Shown in pieces: positions 7,914 to 12,682 of a stretch of DNA of 12,682 nucleotides. Positions within the stretch are counted from its first letter, which is position 1; the number at the start of each line of letters is the position of its first letter. The notes beneath the pieces were generated by a model. The model had not been told where the DNA came from. It did no database searches and saw nothing but the letters and a program-made list of their open reading frames with translations. The DNA lies in assembly GCA_964646915.1 (NCBI GenBank), contig CAZYIH010000075.1, positions 1 to 12,682 of the forward strand, written 5' to 3'. The stretch comes from an uncultured Planctomycetaceae bacterium. GTDB taxonomy: Bacteria > Planctomycetota > Phycisphaerae > SM23-33. The translations under genes and the position numbers were made by a program.

Positions 7914-9983
7914 CTATTTCGCCGGCCTGCTCAGCACGCAGCTGTCGTGGGCAGTCAGTTCGAGCGTCCCGCTTACTGTCCCGCCGTCCAGCACGTCGGT
8001 GAGTTCCTCGCCGGCCAGGTCAATCGTCGCGGGCTTGCCGCTTAGATTCACCACCAACACGTAATCCGTCTCGCCGTCGGTGCGACATTGGGCGGTCACG
8101 CCATCGGGAAGTTCTCCCGCCAGGGCACGCGGCAATGAGAATTCCTCGATGAGTCCGTTATACAGGTCGTCCAGGAACCGCTGCTCGACACGGGCGGCGA
8201 TGTAGTACGCCCGGCCCTTCCCGAGCTGCCGCAGGGTGACGCATGGCTCACCGGCGTAGAACTGCCTGCCATGGGTGGCCAGGACGTCCGCGCTTTCGGG
8301 ATGAATCCGCTCGCAGTACCGGCGCGACTCGTACTCGCCGCGAAGGCCACCGATTTCGCCGACGAGCTTAACCGTGTTGGTCTCGTCGGGATAGAGCGCG
8401 TCGATTTCCTCGGTCCAGATGCCCAGCACATTCCGCAGCGGACCTGGCCAACCGCCCAGGAAGCAGCGGTTCGCCTCGTCCACCCAGCCGGTCATGGTGG
8501 TGCATACCAGCACACCGCCGCCCTGGACGAACTGCTCGATCCGCTCGGCAACGCCGGGGCGGAGCATGTACAGCATCGGGGCCGCCAGCAGGTCGTAGCC
8601 GTCCAGCGGCTGCTCGCTGTCGATGACGTCCACGCTCACGCCCGCCTGCCAGAACGGCCGATAGTGTGCCTCGCAGCGGGCCATGTAGTCCTTGTCGCTG
8701 TCGCGTCCCTGGTCGGCCATCGGCCCGCAGGAGCTTTCCAGCGCCCAACGGACCTCCCAGTCGCAGATGAGCCCCACCTTGACGCGGGGCATGGTTCCGA
8801 TGATTCCGTCCAGCTTCGCCAGCATGCCCCCCACGTCCGCGACGTCTTGGAACACGCGGGTATTCTCATGGCCGACGTGATCGACCACCGCCCCGTGGAA
8901 CTTCTCGTGGGCACCCTGCCCCTTGCGCCACTGGAAGTATTTGACGCTCTCGGCCCCGTGCCCGAGATGCTGCACCGCCTGGGCGCGATGCACGCCGGGG
9001 CGCTTAAGCTTGTGTACGGGCATCCAGTTGGTCGCCGACGGGCTGGATTCCATGATCAGGAACGGCCGCTGCTTGAGCGAACGACACATGTCGTGTGTCA
9101 TCGAGAACCGCACAGCCAGCGTAATGTCGTCCTCTCCGCGATTGTGATACATCGGGTAGCAGTCGTCGGAAATCACGTCCAGGTGCTCGGCGAACTTCCA
9201 GTAGTTCTGCGGCTCGTAGAAGCCCATGAAATTCGTGGTCACCGGCGTATCGGAATGCTCACGCAGGGGAGCGATCTCCGCTTTCATGAAGTCGACCGTC
9301 TGATGCGTCACGAAGCGTTTCCAGTCCAGCACCATCGCGTCGACCGCCCCGTCGATGTCCATCGAGAGCAGTTGGTCCCAGTCGGTCAGCGTGGTGGCCC
9401 AGAAGGCGTTCCACCAGGCGTGGTTCAGCTCGTCCAGGCTGCCGTAGCGGTCCATGAGCCAATCGCGGAAGGCCGCCTTGCACAGGTCGCAGTGACACTC
9501 GCCGCTGTACTCGTTGGAGAGATGCCACAACGCCAGCGCCGGGTGCTCGGCGTAGCGCTCCGCCAGGCGCGAATTGATGGCTGCCACTTTCTCGCGATAC
9601 ACCGGGGAAGTGAAGCAGTGATTGTGGCGACGGCGCTGGAGATCGCGACGGCCGGCCCTGCTCACGCGACGGATTTCGGGATACTTCGCCGCCATCCAGT
9701 TGGGCTTGCCCCCCGAGGGCGTCGCCAGCACCACGTGCACGCCGGCTTTGTGCAGCGCGTCCATCCGCTCGTCCAACCAGCCGAACTCGTACCGACCTTC
9801 TTCCGGCTCGAGCGCCGCCCAAGCGAAAATGCCCACCGACATCGAATTGCAGCCGGAAAGCTTCATCAGCCTGAGGTCCTCTTCCAGAACGTCGGGCCGG
9901 TGCAGCCACTGGTCGGGGTTGTAGTCCCCTCCGTGCCAGAGATAGGGAAACTTCGGATTGATCGGTGAACAACGCTCAGCCAT
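7914..9983 (-). CDS. Glycoside hydrolase family 42 beta-galactosidase, 689 aa
   Basis: FPYLWHGGDYNPDQW is the GH42 N-terminal hallmark. LSNEY is the likely acid/base region. The Cys cluster (HNHC ... ECHCDLC) resembles the Cys4 zinc site of Thermus GH42 enzymes. Length is typical. I chose the ATG at 9983 over the ORF's upstream in-frame start at 10175 because GGAGAA (complement of 9988-9993) lies 6 nt upstream and the family N-terminus begins here. Confidence 0.87.
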   Translation of the reverse strand: MAERCSPINPKFPYLWHGGDYNPDQWLHRPDVLEEDLRLMKLSGCNSMSVGIFAWAALEPEEGRYEFGWLDERMDALHKAGVHVVLATPSGGKPNWMAAKYPEIRRVSRAGRRDLQRRRHNHCFTSPVYREKVAAINSRLAERYAEHPALALWHLSNEYSGECHCDLCKAAFRDWLMDRYGSLDELNHAWWNAFWATTLTDWDQLLSMDIDGAVDAMVLDWKRFVTHQTVDFMKAEIAPLREHSDTPVTTNFMGFYEPQNYWKFAEHLDVISDDCYPMYHNRGEDDITLAVRFSMTHDMCRSLKQRPFLIMESSPSATNWMPVHKLKRPGVHRAQAVQHLGHGAESVKYFQWRKGQGAHEKFHGAVVDHVGHENTRVFQDVADVGGMLAKLDGIIGTMPRVKVGLICDWEVRWALESSCGPMADQGRDSDKDYMARCEAHYRPFWQAGVSVDVIDSEQPLDGYDLLAAPMLYMLRPGVAERIEQFVQGGGVLVCTTMTGWVDEANRCFLGGWPGPLRNVLGIWTEEIDALYPDETNTVKLVGEIGGLRGEYESRRYCERIHPESADVLATHGRQFYAGEPCVTLRQLGKGRAYYIAARVEQRFLDDLYNGLIEEFSLPRALAGELPDGVTAQCRTDGETDYVLVVNLSGKPATIDLAGEELTDVLDGGTVSGTLELTAHDSCVLSRPAK

Positions 9984-9987
9984 GGGG

Positions 9988-9993
9988 TTCTCC
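9988..9993 (-). promoter_or_regulatory. Shine-Dalgarno (GGAGAA) for the GH42 gene
   Basis: The minus strand reads cagtactGGAGAAccccATG. Confidence 0.6.
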
Positions 9994-10001
9994 AGTACTG
10001 T

Positions 10002-10018
10002 CGGCCGCGGATCGGCCG
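10002..10018 (-). promoter_or_regulatory. 5'-UTR stem-loop or operator-like twin palindrome (CGGCCG-n5-CGGCCG) just upstream of the GH42 SD
   Basis: Two self-complementary CGGCCG hexamers are separated by 5 nt. As RNA they form a 6-bp stem-loop 8 nt upstream of the SD. As DNA they are a dyad with 11-bp centre spacing. Confidence 0.35.
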
Positions 10019-10031
10019 GGGCAAAGCGGGA

Positions 10032-10060
10032 ATTGTAGACCCCTCCGAACCAAACGTCCA
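10032..10060 (-). promoter_or_regulatory. Candidate sigma70-like promoter for the GH42-led minus-strand array (TGGACG-17-TACAAT)
   Basis: The minus strand reads tggacg (complement of 10055-10060), a 17-nt spacer, then tacaat (complement of 10032-10037). The predicted TSS is about 40 nt upstream of the ATG. Consensus rules for this lineage are unknown. Confidence 0.3.
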
Positions 10061-10223
10061 GCCGTCGCAACGGCATTCCTGCTGAACCGACGTGCGAAAA
10101 TCGCCGACAACACACCGGGGCACCCCGCCGAAAAATAACCACCATGACGCAGACCGCCTGGGACAACTTCGCCATCGGACGACACCATCGACGGCGAGTA
10201 GTCGCTGCCGCTCAGTCCGAAGT

Positions 10224-10263
10224 GGGGAGAGAAAGCAGGTCTGAAACCTGCCACCTCTCGCCC
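10224..10263 (+). other. Compound imperfect stem-loop (about 13 bp paired) in the divergent intergenic region
   Basis: Three stacked segments pair around a 7-nt loop (tctgaaa) and a 3x3 internal loop. These are GGG/CCC (10224-10226 with 10261-10263), GAGAG/CTCTC (10227-10231 with 10255-10259) and GCAGG/CCTGC (10235-10239 with 10247-10251). Confidence 0.4.
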
Positions 10264-10303
10264 GGCCTCGCTCGAGGTGCGCCGCGAAGAAAACTCCCCC
10301 TCC

Positions 10304-10327
10304 CGTGAAGAAACAACCCCCTTCACG
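10304..10327 (+). other. Perfect 7-bp inverted repeat CGTGAAG-n10-CTTCACG
   Basis: cgtgaag (10304-10310) pairs with cttcacg (10321-10327). The 10-nt loop is A/C-rich. It lies about 75 nt upstream of the candidate nfeD promoter. Confidence 0.4.
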
Positions 10328-10380
10328 CGTCCCTTCTATCGAGTGACCACTACTTGAGTAACCTTCGGCCGATGGGCGGT

Positions 10381-10408
10381 TGCGGGTATTCGCGCTGGCG
10401 GGTATAGT
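10381..10408 (+). promoter_or_regulatory. Candidate sigma70-like promoter for nfeD-floT (TTGCGG-16-TATAGT)
   Basis: TTGCGG lies at 10381-10386 and TATAGT at 10403-10408, leaving about 50 nt of 5'-UTR before the ATG at 10464. Confidence 0.3.
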
Positions 10409-10450
10409 CCACTCGGCCAAGGATGGGGGACATCTCTACCGCAGGCCGAA

Positions 10451-10457
10451 AAAGGAG
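10451..10457 (+). promoter_or_regulatory. Shine-Dalgarno (AAAGGAG) for nfeD-like gene
   Basis: aaaggag is followed by cgcaac then the ATG at 10464. This supports 10464 rather than the ORF's upstream ATG at 10380. Confidence 0.65.
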
Positions 10458-10463
10458 CGCAAC

Positions 10464-11093
10464 ATGCACGAATGGTGGGCCAACCTCAGCGGAGTCAACC
10501 AGGTGTTCTACCTGGTGTCAGCCTTCTTCAGCGTGATTTTCCTGTGGCAGTTCCTCGCCTCGCTGGTCGGTCTTTCCGGCGGCGAGGCCGACGTGGACGC
10601 CACCTTCGATGCCGAGGCGTCTCCCGAGGGGATCGAAGCACACTCCTTCGAGGATGCCGCGGAGACCTCGGCCGCGTTCCGGCTGGTGAGCCTTCGGGCA
10701 ATCCTGGCGTTCTGCACGTTGTTCAGCTGGGCGATGGCGTTGTACCTGGACATGAACACACCCATGGGAACTTCCCTGCTGTACGCGTTCCTCTGGGGCG
10801 CCGCCGGCTGGGTCATGGTGGCTTTGATGATCCACCTGCTCCTGAAGCTCTCCGAGACCGGCACGCGGAAGCTTTCCTCGTGTGTCGGGAAGCTCGGGAC
10901 GGTGTACATGAATATTCCCGCCCGCGGCAGAGGGCGGATCCGCGTGATGGTCTCCGGGGCGATGAGCACCGTGCCCGCGCGAAGCCATACCGACGAACCT
11001 CTCCAGGCCGGCACGGACGTGCGTGTCCTGCGGGTCCTGGACAATCTGACGGTCGAAGTCGAATCGGCCGACCACAACCAAGAAACGGAGTGA
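10464..11093 (+). CDS. NfeD-like (YuaF-type) membrane protein, 209 aa: three TM helices plus a C-terminal OB-fold beta-barrel domain
   Basis: There are three hydrophobic helices (VFYLVSAFFSVIFLWQFLASLVGL, LRAILAFCTLFSWAMALYL, LLYAFLWGAAGWVMVALMIHLLL). The C-terminal segment GKLGTVYMNIPARGRGRIRVMVSGAMSTVPA...DVRVLRVLDNLTVEV is typical of the NfeD partner-binding domain. The gene is positioned 6 nt upstream of a flotillin gene, which is the conserved nfeD-SPFH arrangement. Confidence 0.8.
   Translation: MHEWWANLSGVNQVFYLVSAFFSVIFLWQFLASLVGLSGGEADVDATFDAEASPEGIEAHSFEDAAETSAAFRLVSLRAILAFCTLFSWAMALYLDMNTPMGTSLLYAFLWGAAGWVMVALMIHLLLKLSETGTRKLSSCVGKLGTVYMNIPARGRGRIRVMVSGAMSTVPARSHTDEPLQAGTDVRVLRVLDNLTVEVESADHNQETE
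11087..11090 (+). promoter_or_regulatory. Shine-Dalgarno (GGAG) for flotillin gene
   Basis: acGGAGtgaccgacaATG. The GGAG lies inside the last codons of nfeD, which is coupled expression. Confidence 0.55.
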
Positions 11094-11099
11094 CCGACA

Positions 11100-12602
11100 A
11101 TGGGACTGTTCGCGAACATGATGCTGCTGGGCCAGGCGGAAGAACTCCCCGCCACAATGATCCTCGGGTTGATCCTCGTCGCGCTGGTCGTGGCCGTGGT
11201 GATGCTCTTCATCTCCCGCTACAAGCGTTGCCCGTCCAACCGCGTGATGGTCATTTACGGCCGGACCGGCAAGGGCGCCGCCCGCTGCGTGCATGGCGGG
11301 GCGGCCTTCATTTGGCCCCTGGTGCAGGCGTATGACTACCTGGACCTCGAACCGTTCGTGGTGCCCATCGACCTGACCAACGCCCTGTCCAGCGAGAATA
11401 TCCGCGTGACCGTGCCCACCACCGTAACTGCGGCGATATCCAACGAGTCGGGCATCATGGACAACGCCGCCGTCCGCCTGCTGGGGCTCAGCGGCGGCCA
11501 GATCAAGGACCAGGCACAGGATATCATTCTCGGGCAGATGCGCGCGGTCATCGCGACGATGCGTATCGAGGACATTAACGCCGACCGCCAGGCATTCATG
11601 GCCGCCGTCAACGAGGCCGTCGGGATCGAGCTGGAAAAGATCGGCCTGAGCGTGATCAACGTCAACATCCGGGACATCGAGGACGAGTCGGGCTACATCA
11701 CCGCCCTCGGCCGCAAGGCTGCGGCAGAGGCGATCAACCGGGCGAACATCGACGTGGCCGAGGAGGAGAAACTCGGACAGACCGGCGTCGCCGAACGCCA
11801 GCGTGACACGCGCGTGGCTGTGGCTGCCGCCAACTCGGACGCCGAGATCGGCGAAGCCACCGCCGACCGAAACCGCCGTCAACGCGTCGCCGGGCTGGAC
11901 GCCGAGGCCGTCGGGGGAGAAACCGAAGCCGACTCGAAAAAGGCCTCCTACCGCGCCAACCAGAAGGTCGCCGAGGAAGAGGCCCGCAACCGCTCCGAGT
12001 CGGCCGGTCGACAGGCGGACGGTGCGATCCGGGTGGCCGAGGAAATCGCCGAACGCCAGGCAGAGGAAGCCCGCGCCGAACGCGAGAAGGCCCGCCTGCA
12101 AGCCGAGATCGTCGTGCCCGCAAACGCCGAGAAGGAAAGGGTCGTCATCGCCGCCGAAGCCGAGCGCGAGCAGGCGGTCCGCGTGGCACGCGGCGAGGCC
12201 GAGGCGATCTTCGCCCGCATGGAAGCCCAGGCCAATGGCACCCGGGCGCAACTGGACGCCAAGGCAGCGGGCTATCGCGAACTGGTCGACGCCTGCCAGA
12301 CAGGGCAGCAGGCCGCGGCGCTGCTGTTGATCGAAAAACTCACCGAGGTCGCCGGCGTGCAGGCGACCGCGATCCGCGATCTGCCCATCGAGAAGGTCAT
12401 CGTCTGGGATGGCGGAAACGGCGACGGACAGGGACTCAGCGGGCTGGGAAGCCGACTCATGGGAGCCCTGCCGCCCATGCACGAGCTGGCCAACCAGGTG
12501 GGGCTGGACCTGCCGGACTTCCTGGGCAAGCTCAAGACCGAAGCCGAGAAGGTCCCCCAGGGCGACCAGCCCGACGCCGAAGAAACCACGGATCAGCAGT
12601 AA
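11100..12602 (+). CDS. floT: Flotillin-family SPFH/band-7 protein (FloT/YuaG-like), 500 aa
   Basis: It has an N-terminal membrane helix (ILGLILVALVVAVVMLFI), an SPFH domain (RYKRCPSNRVMVIYGRTGKG...IRDIEDESGYITALG) and a long Glu/Ala-rich coiled-coil flotillin region (AEEEARNRSESAGRQADGAIRVAEEIAERQAEEARAEREKARLQAEI). The length and upstream NfeD partner match FloT rather than the shorter FloA. Confidence 0.9.
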   Translation: MGLFANMMLLGQAEELPATMILGLILVALVVAVVMLFISRYKRCPSNRVMVIYGRTGKGAARCVHGGAAFIWPLVQAYDYLDLEPFVVPIDLTNALSSENIRVTVPTTVTAAISNESGIMDNAAVRLLGLSGGQIKDQAQDIILGQMRAVIATMRIEDINADRQAFMAAVNEAVGIELEKIGLSVINVNIRDIEDESGYITALGRKAAAEAINRANIDVAEEEKLGQTGVAERQRDTRVAVAAANSDAEIGEATADRNRRQRVAGLDAEAVGGETEADSKKASYRANQKVAEEEARNRSESAGRQADGAIRVAEEIAERQAEEARAEREKARLQAEIVVPANAEKERVVIAAEAEREQAVRVARGEAEAIFARMEAQANGTRAQLDAKAAGYRELVDACQTGQQAAALLLIEKLTEVAGVQATAIRDLPIEKVIVWDGGNGDGQGLSGLGSRLMGALPPMHELANQVGLDLPDFLGKLKTEAEKVPQGDQPDAEETTDQQ

Positions 12603-12682
12603 GATCCCCCGCATCGACAACGTCTGATACGTGGAACCACGGGACGCGAATGATCCCGCCTGCGAGCTTTTGCCATCCCCGG

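Noticed and set aside
8271-9968. 565-aa plus-strand ORF inside the GH42 gene, plus other long antisense ORFs (3779-4843, 6201-7109, 7242-8045, 2230-2982, 9259-9972, 1291-1758, 1878-2312)
   Set aside because: All are antisense or off-frame to genes with clear homology. Their compositions are typical of high-GC shadow ORFs. No independent support.
9984-10175. Upstream in-frame extension of the GH42 ORF, including possible RR (Tat-like) N-terminus
   Set aside because: There is no hydrophobic core after the RR pair, and no SD before the upstream ATGs. The canonical GH42 N-terminus and a good SD occur at 9983. Kept as a low-interest check in findings.
10144-10305. 54-codon ORF in the divergent intergenic region (MTQTAWDNFAIGRHHRRR...)
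   Set aside because: No SD. Third-codon positions are not G/C-biased the way they are in real genes here. The product is Arg-rich low complexity. It overlaps the stem-loops, which are better explained as RNA or DNA structure.
10304-10340. Inverted repeat 10304-10327 as an intrinsic terminator
   Set aside because: On the plus strand it is followed by a C/U-mixed tract rather than a U-run. On the minus strand the U-rich stretch is 10 nt away from the stem. It sits between divergent gene starts where no upstream gene needs terminating. Retained only as a structural element.
10380-10463. N-terminal extension of the nfeD-like ORF from ATG at 10380
   Set aside because: It would overlap the predicted promoter. 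AAAGGAG sits correctly spaced before the ATG at 10464.
9984-10463. tRNA or other canonical RNA gene in the long intergenic region
   Set aside because: No T-loop (GGTTCGAATCC-like) or acceptor-stem pattern, no cloverleaf-compatible pairing found by eye, and no match to a riboswitch class I know for these downstream genes.
11700-12250. Repetitive Glu/Ala-rich stretch in flotillin as a possible DNA tandem repeat or CRISPR-like array
   Set aside because: No exact nucleotide direct repeats with regular spacers. It is coding low-complexity (EA-rich coiled coil) characteristic of flotillins.
10518-12620. 700-aa ORF on the minus strand spanning the entire nfeD-flotillin region
   Set aside because: It is antisense to two genes with strong family signatures. 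Its translation is G/R/A/D/L/H-rich low-complexity sequence typical of a high-GC antisense frame. The flotillin Glu/Ala (GAG/GCC) repeats contain no stop codons on the opposite strand. No RBS and no family match.

Overview
This is a high-GC window (roughly two-thirds G+C by eye) with 12 protein-coding genes and short intergenic spacers; I saw no rRNA or tRNA genes, CRISPR array, transposase or integrase. Genes were chosen from the heavily overlapping six-frame track by recognisable protein families and by GC3-biased codon usage, since most long alternative-frame and antisense ORFs here are high-GC shadows. Gene order: murA (+, 93-1358), then a co-directional minus-strand run of nine genes transcribed from 9983 down to 1436. 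In transcription order these are a GH42 beta-galactosidase, kdsB, a xylose-isomerase-like TIM-barrel sugar-phosphate isomerase/epimerase, an exported basic hypothetical protein, trxB, a BI-1/YccA-family membrane protein, a FolM/PTR1-like pteridine reductase, folB and folK. The last three are chained by two 8-nt ATGA(A/G)TGA stop/start overlaps. A 480-bp divergent non-coding region (9984-10463) follows, then an nfeD-flotillin pair on the plus strand (10464-12602). The content looks like ordinary core housekeeping (cell wall, LPS-Kdo, folate, redox, membrane microdomain). I do not see a clear defence island, mobile element or obviously novel multi-gene system. The best candidates for something undescribed are the 446-aa exported Lys/Arg-rich protein with no family I recognise, the unusually long divergent intergenic region carrying several stable stem-loops, and the folM-folB-folK arrangement implying a non-canonical pterin reductase. 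Promoter and sRNA calls are low-confidence because promoter rules for this lineage are unknown to me.
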